Source: an uncultured Gemmatimonadaceae bacterium
GTDB taxonomy: Bacteria; Gemmatimonadota; Gemmatimonadetes; Gemmatimonadales; Gemmatimonadaceae
Length of the DNA: 64,000 nucleotides
Direction of reading: 5' to 3'
Assembly (NCBI GenBank): GCA_963740355.1
Contig: CAVUDW010000001.1
Span: 32,001-96,000, forward strand
Within the stretch, counting starts at the first letter, position 1, and every line of letters begins with the position of its first letter. The position numbers and the translations under genes were made by a program. Below are positions 38,193 to 47,641 of the stretch, piece by piece. The notes below the pieces were generated by a model. The model was given only the letters and a program-made list of their open reading frames with translations. It was not told the origin of the DNA and ran no database searches.

Positions 38193-39428
38193 TCAACGCA
38201 CCCCGGCGCGGCGCCGCGCGATGAAGACGGGGAGCGGTGCGGCCAACGAAAGGAGGAAGAACCAGAACACTGGCTGTCTGAGCACGAAGTGAAACATGGA
38301 AAAGATCAGCAAGCCGCAGAGTGCGATGCCTGCGCCGGCCCTGTTGGAATGCAGCACGCGCAACGCCACCCACGCCCAAAGCGCAAGCAGAGCAAGCAGG
38401 CCCACGACACCGGTTGCGTCCATCCAATCGATCGGGGTGTTGTGCGCTTCCTCACCCTGAAACGCTGTGAAGGGGCCCGAGTAGGAACCAGGGCCGAGGC
38501 CAACGACGGGCGAACGTGTCGCCGCGTCGAGACCGTGCTGCCAGCGTGCCACACGATCCGAGCCCTGCCCCCCATCGTCGTAGGACGAGGCCGCCTTCTC
38601 TTCGGCGATCTCGAGGAGTCGTGGTCCGAGAACGACGCCGCCCGCGGCGGCCAGCAGTGGCAAGCCGAACACCGCGATCACTTTCCGCAGGCTCGAGCGT
38701 GTGGAGACGAAGGTGGATTTCCACCACCAGATCCCAAGGCCGGTTGCCGCGGCGGCACCCCAACCGAGCATCAGCGCATCACTGAGCGTAGCAACCCCAA
38801 TGATGAGTCCGCCAAGCGAAATGCAGGCCCAGCCGGCCCGCGCCAGACCATGGGTGCTCGCACGACGGTGCTCCCATGCAATGAACGGCACGATCGAGAC
38901 GGCCAACGCCGCCTGATTGGGATTCAGCGCCCAGCCAGCGAAACGGAAGCCGTACATCGAGGAGACTGGCCCGACAATCGGGCGACCGACACCGACGAGG
39001 AGCAATAGCGAACCGAGCCCAAGTACGAGTGTGATCGCAAGCGCGCCAGACGCGGTCCAGATGCGATCGATCGAGCGCGGCTGCACGACCGACAACCCTG
39101 CCACTGCCGCGGCCAGCAGTACAGCAATGGCATCTCGAAGTGACGCGGGGTCCCAGAGGTTCAGATAGATCCCGCTGCACCAACCGAGCGCGAGCGCACA
39201 GAGCGTCACGAGCCAGAACGCGAAGATCGGCCGCACAAGATCGGTAACGACGACTTTCCCGTTCCGCACCAGCGAAAAAGTCGCGCTCACGAGCCACAAG
39301 AAAAGCAGCACCTCACCGGGCCCGACAGGCAGCAGGGGTGCGCGAAGCTGGGTCGCGGATGTGAGACCGAGCGCGACGCCTAGCGCGCTGGCACCAAGTG
39401 CTTCGGAGTGGCGGAGTCTATCAGCCAG
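38193..39428 (-). CDS. Wzy polymerase / O-antigen-ligase-like membrane protein
   Basis: RFAGWALNPNQ, R...W, GLGPG, EAHNT..D....GVVGL; frame open upstream of the tracked GTG 39311 (ATQLR..PVGPGE), CTG 39428 proposed. Confidence 0.78.
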   Translation of the reverse strand: MADRLRHSEALGASALGVALGLTSATQLRAPLLPVGPGEVLLFLWLVSATFSLVRNGKVVVTDLVRPIFAFWLVTLCALALGWCSGIYLNLWDPASLRDAIAVLLAAAVAGLSVVQPRSIDRIWTASGALAITLVLGLGSLLLLVGVGRPIVGPVSSMYGFRFAGWALNPNQAALAVSIVPFIAWEHRRASTHGLARAGWACISLGGLIIGVATLSDALMLGWGAAAATGLGIWWWKSTFVSTRSSLRKVIAVFGLPLLAAAGGVVLGPRLLEIAEEKAASSYDDGGQGSDRVARWQHGLDAATRSPVVGLGPGSYSGPFTAFQGEEAHNTPIDWMDATGVVGLLALLALWAWVALRVLHSNRAGAGIALCGLLIFSMFHFVLRQPVFWFFLLSLAAPLPVFIARRRAGVR

Positions 39429-39680
39429 AGTATGCTCGTTTCGGCAGCAGTCGAGGCGGTTCTTGGCAGAGTCGAGCAGACAGGACAGATTAGCCGCGCC
39501 TCAACCCCAAAGCAAGCGAGACCCTAACGCAGACAGTGAGTTATCGTCATATTTGACAGCGAGTTCCGCGATTGGTCGCACGGGTTCTGATGTGACTTGG
39601 CGAGCATTGCGGAAGTACCCCGTGCGGTGTCTTCGCGCTCGGCTTGTCCGAGATGCCGTCGTTCCTCTCAACCGATCTCC

Positions 39681-41630
39681 ATGCAGGGTGCTCTGACACC
39701 CCAATCGCTGACTCGCGTAACGACCAACAGGACCCGTGTGCTCGTTGGCGCGGACCTGACGCTGAGTCTCATTGCAACGCTGCTGGCGTACGTCGCGCGA
39801 TTCGAGACGTGGCCGTTACCGACGCCACACGCGGAACTGTTCGCCAAGTACGCGGCGCTCGCCTGCCTGGTGCGCATCGTCATCTTTTACGCGACCGGCA
39901 CGTACACGCAGGTCTGGCGATACGCGAGCGTTCGCGAAGCCGTGCAATTGATCTACACGGGATTTCTCGCCACCGTCGTGACTGCGGTCGTTGGTCGTGT
40001 GTTGGCGATGGATACGGGAACCGCGGTGCCGTGGTCCGTGCTGCTTCTCGATGCGACCCTCTTCATGGGCGGTGCGGTCGGCGTGCGCATTCTCGCCCGG
40101 GCCCGCAGGCAGAGCGCCCTCGGTCGGCTGAAGCCCGCGCGAGCAGGTCGGCAGACGTTGATCATCGGCGCAGGCTCGGCCGGTCAATTGGTCGCCCGCG
40201 AAATGATCGAAGGAGGCCGGACGGGGATGGTCCCGTTTGGCTTTCTGGATGATGACCCGTCGCTCCACGGAAAGCGCATTCTTGGCCTGCCGGTGCTGGG
40301 TCATACGTCCGAAATGGTGTCGGTCGCGAAAGCGGCGAACCTCGATTCGGTTGTGATCGCAACGCCGTCCGCGCCCGGATCCTTCATCCGCAAGATCGTC
40401 CAGCTAGCCCGCGAAGCCGGCGTCGAGGCGCGCACCGTCCCAGGCCTCGATGACCTACTCAGTGGCCGCGTCTCCATCGCCGCCCTCCGTCAGGTCCAGA
40501 TCGGCGACCTGCTCCGCCGCGAACCGGTTGAGGTCGACCTCCACGGCCTCCAGTCCATGGCGGCTGGCCGCACGATCCTGATCACCGGCGCTGGTGGCTC
40601 TATCGGAAGCGAACTCTGCCGACAGATCTCGACGCTCAATCCGGGACACATCATCCTCCTCGGACATGGCGAGAACTCGATCTTCGAGATTCACGCCGAG
40701 CTGCGCGAGCGGTTTCCCGACGTGCGCACGGTGCCGATCATCGCCGATGTGAAGGACGCGGAGCGCATTCATCGCATCTTCCAGGACTGGAGGCCGTTCG
40801 CAGTCTTCCATGCCGCAGCGCACAAGCATGTGCCGCTGATGGAAGACAACGTGATCGAAGCGGTGCTCAACAATGTCGTCGGCACGCGCAACGTGGTGAC
40901 CAGCGCCCTGGACTCAGGCGTACAGCACTTCGTGCTCGTCTCGACCGACAAGGCCGTCCGACCGGCGAACATCATGGGTGCGACCAAGCGTGTGGCCGAG
41001 ATGATCGTCTGTCACGCCGCCCACACCCACCAGGCGCACTTCATGGCGGTGCGCTTCGGCAATGTGCTCGGCAGCCGAGGCAGCGTCGTGCCGACCTTCA
41101 TGCGGCAGATCCGCAATGGTGGTCCGATCACGCTCACGCATCCGGAAATGCGTCGGTTCTTCATGACGATCCCGGAAGCGACGCGACTGGTGCTGCAGGC
41201 AGGCGCCATTGGCACCGGCGGTGAAGTCTTCTGCCTCGACATGGGCGAGCCGGTCCGCATCTACGACCTCGCACTCGACCTGATCCGCCTCTCCGGGCTC
41301 ACTGAGGGCGAAGACATCGAGATCGTCTTCAACGGTGTGCGCCCCGGCGAAAAACTCTACGAAGAGCTGTTCTTCTCGGGCGACGAGGTGCTGGCGACCT
41401 CGCACCCGAAGATCATGAAGGCGCGCTACGACGCTCCTGACCTGCGCGTCTACATGCAGATCGTGCAGCTGATCGAGTCGGCGATGCGTAATGCCAGCGA
41501 CTCGTACCTGCGCCGAAGCCTGGAAGAAATCGTGCCGGACTTCGAGTCGCCAGGCCGCGCCATGCGCAGCACGCCGACGTCGGAAGCGATCGAGCGGTCA
41601 CCGCTGGCGATGGGTGCGGCGCGAGGCTGA
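39681..41630 (+). CDS. UDP-N-acetylglucosamine 4,6-dehydratase (PglF/CapD/WbpM-like)
   Basis: 4 TM; IIGAGSAG; DLLRREP; TGAGGSIGSE; HAAAHKHVP; STDKAV; MGATK; RFGNVLGSRGSV; RPGEKLYEEL. Confidence 0.93.
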   Translation: MQGALTPQSLTRVTTNRTRVLVGADLTLSLIATLLAYVARFETWPLPTPHAELFAKYAALACLVRIVIFYATGTYTQVWRYASVREAVQLIYTGFLATVVTAVVGRVLAMDTGTAVPWSVLLLDATLFMGGAVGVRILARARRQSALGRLKPARAGRQTLIIGAGSAGQLVAREMIEGGRTGMVPFGFLDDDPSLHGKRILGLPVLGHTSEMVSVAKAANLDSVVIATPSAPGSFIRKIVQLAREAGVEARTVPGLDDLLSGRVSIAALRQVQIGDLLRREPVEVDLHGLQSMAAGRTILITGAGGSIGSELCRQISTLNPGHIILLGHGENSIFEIHAELRERFPDVRTVPIIADVKDAERIHRIFQDWRPFAVFHAAAHKHVPLMEDNVIEAVLNNVVGTRNVVTSALDSGVQHFVLVSTDKAVRPANIMGATKRVAEMIVCHAAHTHQAHFMAVRFGNVLGSRGSVVPTFMRQIRNGGPITLTHPEMRRFFMTIPEATRLVLQAGAIGTGGEVFCLDMGEPVRIYDLALDLIRLSGLTEGEDIEIVFNGVRPGEKLYEELFFSGDEVLATSHPKIMKARYDAPDLRVYMQIVQLIESAMRNASDSYLRRSLEEIVPDFESPGRAMRSTPTSEAIERSPLAMGAARG

Positions 41631-41677
41631 ACCTCGCGCCGCACTGTCATCAGCCTGTCGTCCGCACGCGCTACAGG

Positions 41678-42688
41678 TTAGACGCCGTAGTACTTCCGGT
41701 ACCACTCCACGAACCGTCCCACGCCGACTTCGATCGGCGTCGCCGGCGTGAAACCGGTGTCGCGCGTCAGGTCCTCGACATCGGCGTACGTGGCCGGCAC
41801 ATCACCCATCTGCATAGGCATCATGTTCTTCTGCGCCGTGCGGCCGAGGGCCTTCTCGATGGTCTCGATCAGGTACATCAACTCGACGGGATTGTGGTTG
41901 CCGATGTTGTAGAGTCGATACGGCGCTGCGCTCGTTCCTGGATCGGGCGCCCCGCCGTCCCAGTCAGCATTCGGTGATGCGATGCGGTCGTTGGTGCGCA
42001 CCACGCCCTCGGCGATGTCGTCCACGAACGTGAAGTCGCGGCGCATCTGGCCGTTGTTGAACACGTCGATCGGGCGCCCTTCGAGGATCGCCTTCGTGAA
42101 CAGGAACATCGCCATGTCAGGGCGACCCCACGGACCGTAGACCGTGAAGAATCGCAGGCCGGTGGTGGGCAGCTTGTACAGGTGACTGTACGTGTGCGCC
42201 ATCAACTCGTTCGCCTTCTTCGTCGCCGCATACAACGACAGCGGGTGATCGACATTCTGGTGGATGCTGAACGGCATCGCCGTGTTCGCACCATACACGC
42301 TTGACGATGACGCGTACGTGAGATGCTTCACGCCGTTGTGCCGGCACCCTTCGAGGATGTTGGTGAAGCCGACGATGTTGCTGTCGATGTAGGCGTGGGG
42401 GTTCTCGAGGGAATACCGCACGCCAGCCTGCGCCGCGAGGTGAATGACCTTGTCGAACTTACCTGCCCCGAACAACGCTTCCATGCCCGGACGATCCGCG
42501 ACGTCCAGCTTCTGGAACGAGAAGCCAGGCCGACCCGACAGGCGCGCCAGCCGCGCCTCCTTCAGCGTCGGGTCATAGTAGTCGTTCAGGTTGTCGATGC
42601 CGACGACTTCATCACCGCGCTCGAGGAGCGTGATGGCGACGTGTGAACCAATGAACCCGGCAGCGCCGGTGAGCAGGATACGAGTCAT
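41678..42688 (-). CDS. UDP-glucuronate 4-epimerase
   Basis: [52 protein letters not shown]. Confidence 0.93.
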   Translation of the reverse strand: MTRILLTGAAGFIGSHVAITLLERGDEVVGIDNLNDYYDPTLKEARLARLSGRPGFSFQKLDVADRPGMEALFGAGKFDKVIHLAAQAGVRYSLENPHAYIDSNIVGFTNILEGCRHNGVKHLTYASSSSVYGANTAMPFSIHQNVDHPLSLYAATKKANELMAHTYSHLYKLPTTGLRFFTVYGPWGRPDMAMFLFTKAILEGRPIDVFNNGQMRRDFTFVDDIAEGVVRTNDRIASPNADWDGGAPDPGTSAAPYRLYNIGNHNPVELMYLIETIEKALGRTAQKNMMPMQMGDVPATYADVEDLTRDTGFTPATPIEVGVGRFVEWYRKYYGV

Positions 42689-42730
42689 GACTTCAGTGAA
42701 GGACAAAAATGGCGCGACGGGTACACGGTC

Positions 42731-43729
42731 CTAGCGGACTTCCTGCTCGGCAAGCGCCAGGTCGGCATCACACATCATGTGCACGAGCCCACGGAACGAC
42801 ACCTTCGGCTCCCAGCCAAGGACGCGCTTCGCCTTTCCCGGGTCACCCAGCAAGAGGTCGACTTCGGCCGGTCGCAGATGGCGCGGATCCTGTGTCACGA
42901 CGGCACGCCAGTCGAGATCCAGGTACTCGGCCGCGACGTCGAGGAATTCCTGGACGGTATGCGTTTCGCCGGTCGCGATGACATAGTCGTCAGCGACATC
43001 CTGCTGCAACATCAGCCACATCGCCTCGACATAGTCGCCAGCGAAGCCCCAGTCACGCTTGGCATCGAGATTGCCGAGGGCAAGTGACTTTTGCGCACCA
43101 ATCTTGATCCGCGTCAGGCCGCGCGTGATCTTGCGGGTGACGAAGTTCTCGCCGCGACGCGGGCTCTCGTGATTGAAGAGAATGCCGCAGCTGGCCGGGA
43201 AGCCGTAACTCTCGCGATAGTTCACCGTCAGCATGTGCGCGAACACCTTTGCGCAGGCGTATGGTGAGCGCGGATAGAACGGCGTCGACTCCGATTGCGG
43301 CACCGCCTGCACCAGCCCGTACTGCTCGCTCGAACTGGCCTGATAGAACTTCGGCTTCATGCCGAGATTCCGCATCGCTTCCAGCAGGCGCAGGGTGCCC
43401 GTACCAACGACGTCGGTGGTGTACTCCGGAACGTCGAAGCTGACACGCACATGGCTCTGGGCGCCGAGGTTGTAGACCTCGTCGGGCACGACGGTCGCCA
43501 GCACGCGCTGCAGCGACGACGAGTCGCCCAGATCGCCATAGTGCAACTGGAGGTGCTTCCCCGACGAGATGTGCGGCTGTTCGTAGAGTGCGTCGATGCG
43601 TCCGGTATTGAACGTGCTGGCGCGGCGCACGATGCCGTGGACCTCGTAGCCCTTGGCGAGCAGAAACTCGGCGAGATACGAACCGTCCTGCCCTGTGATC
43701 CCTGTGATCAGCGCCTTGCGAGGAGACAT
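42731..43729 (-). CDS. gmd: GDP-mannose 4,6-dehydratase
   Basis: [58 protein letters not shown]. Confidence 0.96.
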   Translation of the reverse strand: MSPRKALITGITGQDGSYLAEFLLAKGYEVHGIVRRASTFNTGRIDALYEQPHISSGKHLQLHYGDLGDSSSLQRVLATVVPDEVYNLGAQSHVRVSFDVPEYTTDVVGTGTLRLLEAMRNLGMKPKFYQASSSEQYGLVQAVPQSESTPFYPRSPYACAKVFAHMLTVNYRESYGFPASCGILFNHESPRRGENFVTRKITRGLTRIKIGAQKSLALGNLDAKRDWGFAGDYVEAMWLMLQQDVADDYVIATGETHTVQEFLDVAAEYLDLDWRAVVTQDPRHLRPAEVDLLLGDPGKAKRVLGWEPKVSFRGLVHMMCDADLALAEQEVR

Positions 43730-43852
43730 GGAATTCGAAAGAGACGAGTCATTCGTGCGGCAGCTCCGCACCAGTCCTACGAACACCGCAATGTAGCAAC
43801 AGCCATTGATCGGAGCCACCGAAGTACCGTGGTACCACGGGGTTACGAATCA

Positions 43853-45148
43853 TCACACCTTCACCACCACTCCTTCCCGTTCCAGTCGGCCGCGGAGGAT
43901 CGCATCGACCCGAACCCGAACCAGCAGGTTCTCGCCATCGGCTGCCTGCTCGAGCACCTCGCCCTGGCGATACAGCGTCGACAGGAGCTTGCCATTGGCC
44001 GCCGGCACACGCACCTGCACGATCGGTCGCACCGCGCGCACACCGTCGCGCAACCTGGCACGCAACGGCTCGAGTGCCTCATGCGACTGCGCCGAGACGA
44101 ACAGCGAGTCAGGAATCAGGTTGCCGACACGGGTGCGGATCGCCTCATCCATCTCCGGCGAGAGCAGGTCCATCTTGTTGAACACGTGAACCAGCGGCGT
44201 ATCGATGGCACCAAGCTCGGTGAGCACCTCGTCCACCACCAGGCGATGCTCCTCCCAGCTCGGATGACTGGAATCGATCACATGGAGCAGCAGGTCGGCC
44301 TCGCGGACTTCATCGAGCGTGGCGCGAAAACTCGCCACGAGATGGTGAGGCAGCTTGCGAATGAAGCCGACGGTATCGGTGAGCAGGCAGTGATACCCCT
44401 CGCCAAGGTCGATGTCGCGAGTCAATGGGTCGAGTGTCGCGAACAGGCGATCTTCCACATACACGTCTTCCGAGCCGCTGAGCGCACGCAGCACGGAACT
44501 CTTGCCCGCGTTCGTGTAGCCGACGAGTGACACGCGAAAGGCTCCTTCGCGATGCGCCCGCAAGGTCTCGCGATGGCGCACCACGTCCTGCAGACGCTCG
44601 CGAAGGACGCGCACACGATGCCCGATCAACCGACGGTCGGTCTCCAGCTGCGTTTCACCCGGGCCGCGCATGCCGATGCCGCCGCGAAACTTCTCGAGGT
44701 GCGACCACATCTTGGTCAGGCGCGGCAACATGTAGTTCAGCTGCGCCAGCTCGACCTGCATGCGCGCCTCGCTGCTGCGCGCGCGCGTGGCGAAGATGTC
44801 GAGAATCAGCTCAGCACGATCCATCGTGCGCTTGCCGACGATCTGCTCGATGTTCTTGCCCTGCGTTGGGCTCAGCTCATCGTCGAAGATGATCAGCGTG
44901 GCTTCCTTCTCGTTCGCCAGTTCACGCAGTTCGTCCAGCTTGCCGCTGCCGAGGTAGGTGCCGGAATGCGGCTTGTCGATCGCCTGCGTCAGCGTGCCGA
45001 CGATCTCCGCGCCAGCGGTATCTGCAAGCCGCGCCAACTCGGCGAGATGTTCGTCGACCTGATGCCGCGCCGCGGTCCGCTTGCGGGGAGCGCCAACGAG
45101 CAAAGCCCGTTCCGTCGGCTGCGTCAGTGTGATGGAATCACGCGCGAT
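43853..45148 (-). CDS. hflX: GTPase HflX
   Basis: GSGKL, LILDIF, RGPGETQLE, GYTNAGKS, LFATLDP, DTVGFI, NKMD; start proposed at ATC 45148 behind a GAGGTG SD. Confidence 0.95.
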   Translation of the reverse strand: MARDSITLTQPTERALLVGAPRKRTAARHQVDEHLAELARLADTAGAEIVGTLTQAIDKPHSGTYLGSGKLDELRELANEKEATLIIFDDELSPTQGKNIEQIVGKRTMDRAELILDIFATRARSSEARMQVELAQLNYMLPRLTKMWSHLEKFRGGIGMRGPGETQLETDRRLIGHRVRVLRERLQDVVRHRETLRAHREGAFRVSLVGYTNAGKSSVLRALSGSEDVYVEDRLFATLDPLTRDIDLGEGYHCLLTDTVGFIRKLPHHLVASFRATLDEVREADLLLHVIDSSHPSWEEHRLVVDEVLTELGAIDTPLVHVFNKMDLLSPEMDEAIRTRVGNLIPDSLFVSAQSHEALEPLRARLRDGVRAVRPIVQVRVPAANGKLLSTLYRQGEVLEQAADGENLLVRVRVDAILRGRLEREGVVVKV

Positions 45149-45187
45149 GGTACACCTCGTGTTGACTGCTGCAAACGGTCCGCATCA

Positions 45188-45676
45188 CTACGGGCGGAAC
45201 GTCTTGAAGGCGTCAAATCGACCGACTTCGTTGAACTCGCGGGCAAAGGTGCCAACGAATGACTTCAAGGTAACGTCGCCGATCAGGCGATACGGAATTT
45301 CCCCACCACGCAGCAGCCGCGGCCCGACGGACTGAACGGCGCGAAAACCGATCCGAACCGGGAGCCGCACCACCATTGAATCGCGTTTGGCCACGGCGAA
45401 GCCGCTGTCGAGCGCGCCAGCGCCAATCTCGACGCTGTCCACCATCAGCCGATAGCGCAGCTGCGACGCGCCGAGGGAATAGGCGTTCGGGTTGTAGATG
45501 TTGAGCAGCACCTCGAAATCGGCGCCATCGAGGCCGAGGGAGCGCACACCGACGCCGCGGAAAGTCACGTCCGGCTGTGTGAAGATCGCCTTGGCCGCCG
45601 TGGCACACCCGGTTAGGCCAGCGGTCAGCAGCAACATCCCAGCCACAAGTACGCGTCGAACATCGAGCAACCGCAT
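45188..45676 (-). CDS. LEA_2/WHy-domain lipoprotein
   Basis: Lipobox LTGC; P.V, YNPNAYSL, IPYRLIG. Confidence 0.85.
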   Translation of the reverse strand: MRLLDVRRVLVAGMLLLTAGLTGCATAAKAIFTQPDVTFRGVGVRSLGLDGADFEVLLNIYNPNAYSLGASQLRYRLMVDSVEIGAGALDSGFAVAKRDSMVVRLPVRIGFRAVQSVGPRLLRGGEIPYRLIGDVTLKSFVGTFAREFNEVGRFDAFKTFRP

Positions 45677-45710
45677 CCAGCCTCCAAGGGGAACCGAGGT
45701 CAAAACAGTC

Positions 45711-47111
45711 TCAGGCGCCGGTCGGCGCCTGGTCATCAGGCGCGTCCTTCTCCGGCACCGTGTCGCCACGCCGCTCAGCAATCCGCGCCGCCCACCACTC
45801 GAGGCGCTTGGCGATCTCCTTCTCGTACCCCAGAGTGGACGGTTCGTAGAACACGGCGTCCGCCAGCTCATCCGGCAGGTGGGAGTGCGCTGGCACGCCA
45901 CCAGGCTGGGCATGCGCGTACTCGTAGCTCGCACCATACCCGAGCGACTTGTGAAGCTTGGTTGGCGCATTGCGAAGCTGCAGGGGCACCGGGGCGTTCG
46001 GAGTCTCGCGGGCGCTGGCCAGCGCCGCGTCGAGGGCCACCTTCACCCGGTTCGACTTCGGTGCGGTCGCCAGATAAATGGTCATCTCGGCCAACGGGAT
46101 CAGGCCCTCCGGCGCACCGAGCATGTGGAACGCGTCACGCGCCGCGACCGCCATCTGCAGCGCCCGAGGGTCCGCCACGCCGATGTCTTCGGCAGCCATC
46201 GCCATTGCCCGGCGGAACAGGGTCATTGGATCCTCGCCCGCATTGATCATGCGCGCCATCCAGTAGAGCGCCCCCTGCACGTCGCTGCCGCGCAGCGACT
46301 TGTGATACGCCGACAGCAGGTCGAAATGTTGTTCGCCACTCTTGTCATGTCGCGGCAGGCGTTGCTGCAATGCACGCTCGAGCAATTCGATCGTGAGACG
46401 CTCACCGTCATCCAAGGCCGCTGCCGCCGCTTCCAGCGTGCCAAGTGCGCGACGCGCATCGCCATCCGCCCAGCGCGCGAGCGCCTCGAGCGCCTCGTCA
46501 TCCGTCGTCAGCTTCCGCGCACCAAGGCCGCGATCGGTATCGCGTAGTGCACGCTGCAGCAGTCCAAGCAAGTCGTCAGCGGCCAGTGGCTGCAGCACCA
46601 CGACGCGTGCGCGACTGAGCAACGCGGCGTTGATCTCGAAACTTGGCGCCTCTGTCGTGGCGCCAATCAGCGTGACCGTTCCATCCTCGACGATCGGCAG
46701 CAGCGCATCCTGCTGGCCCGCATTCATGCGGTGGATTTCGTCCACGAAAAGCAACGTGCGTGCGCCGCTGGACAGCAGGCGTTGCCGTGCCTGTTCGGCG
46801 ATCACGCGCAGCCGAGGAACCCCATCACTGACGGCACTGAACGGTTCGAACGACCAGCCGACGCGTTGTGCGATCAGTCGCGCGAGGGTCGTCTTGCCGG
46901 TCCCTGGCGGACCCCAGAGAATCATGGAACCGAGGACACCCCGCTCGATTGCGTCGTACACGGGTGTGCCGGGCGTGAACAGCTGTCGTTGCCCGACGTA
47001 CTCATCGAGTGTACGCGGGCGCAGCTGATGTGCGAGCGGTGCCGTGCTGACCGTGTCGCTGAACAGGCCAGGAGCCGACGCACCCGCGCCGCCGGAGCTG
47101 CGTCGCGCCAT
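45711..47111 (-). CDS. rarA: Replication-associated recombination protein A (RarA/MgsA)
   Basis: PLAHQLRP, WGPPGTGKTT, DEIHR, GATTE, ALLSR, KSLRGSD, EDIG.ADP, APKSN. Confidence 0.95.
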   Translation of the reverse strand: MARRSSGGAGASAPGLFSDTVSTAPLAHQLRPRTLDEYVGQRQLFTPGTPVYDAIERGVLGSMILWGPPGTGKTTLARLIAQRVGWSFEPFSAVSDGVPRLRVIAEQARQRLLSSGARTLLFVDEIHRMNAGQQDALLPIVEDGTVTLIGATTEAPSFEINAALLSRARVVVLQPLAADDLLGLLQRALRDTDRGLGARKLTTDDEALEALARWADGDARRALGTLEAAAAALDDGERLTIELLERALQQRLPRHDKSGEQHFDLLSAYHKSLRGSDVQGALYWMARMINAGEDPMTLFRRAMAMAAEDIGVADPRALQMAVAARDAFHMLGAPEGLIPLAEMTIYLATAPKSNRVKVALDAALASARETPNAPVPLQLRNAPTKLHKSLGYGASYEYAHAQPGGVPAHSHLPDELADAVFYEPSTLGYEKEIAKRLEWWAARIAERRGDTVPEKDAPDDQAPTGA

Positions 47112-47641
47112 CAGCCGGGCTGCAGTGCGAGCGTGCTGACGAACGTCTTCACACCGGCCGTCAGCGTGTTCGCGGGAGGAAATGCGCCGCGCGCCGGTCG
47201 CCACAGTCGGCCACGCACACGGGGACGCTCACGCAGTCCGGCGCGGTCGAGCAGGTACAACCAGCGATCGGTGCGCGACCACGTCACGACCTCGAGATGT
47301 GCCGAGAGCGACAGCTGATCACTGCCACTGTCAAGCGTGAACTCCACGCCGCCCGCGCCGATGATCGGGACGCGCAGCGAGTAGAACGCATCGAGGAGCG
47401 CGGCCTGCGTCACGCCGTCGGCATGCCAGGTACGCGCGTTCCGCCAGTCATCCACGGTGAGCGAGAACAGGACCGGAAATTCCGGCACCAGTTCAAGGAA
47501 CAACTCAACCATCGCCTCGGCATTGCCGAGCGCACGCGCGCCCACCAACCCGTCACGGCGCATGACGGCGTAGGTGTCGGAGGCATCACGAAAGCGCCGC
47601 CACACCGAGACCTCAGGAACGGGACCACGGAAAAACGCCAC
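47111..47641 (-). CDS. Hypothetical protein
   Basis: Tightly packed between cca and rarA, coding-like composition. Confidence 0.7.
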   Translation of the reverse strand: MAFFRGPVPEVSVWRRFRDASDTYAVMRRDGLVGARALGNAEAMVELFLELVPEFPVLFSLTVDDWRNARTWHADGVTQAALLDAFYSLRVPIIGAGGVEFTLDSGSDQLSLSAHLEVVTWSRTDRWLYLLDRAGLRERPRVRGRLWRPARGAFPPANTLTAGVKTFVSTLALQPG

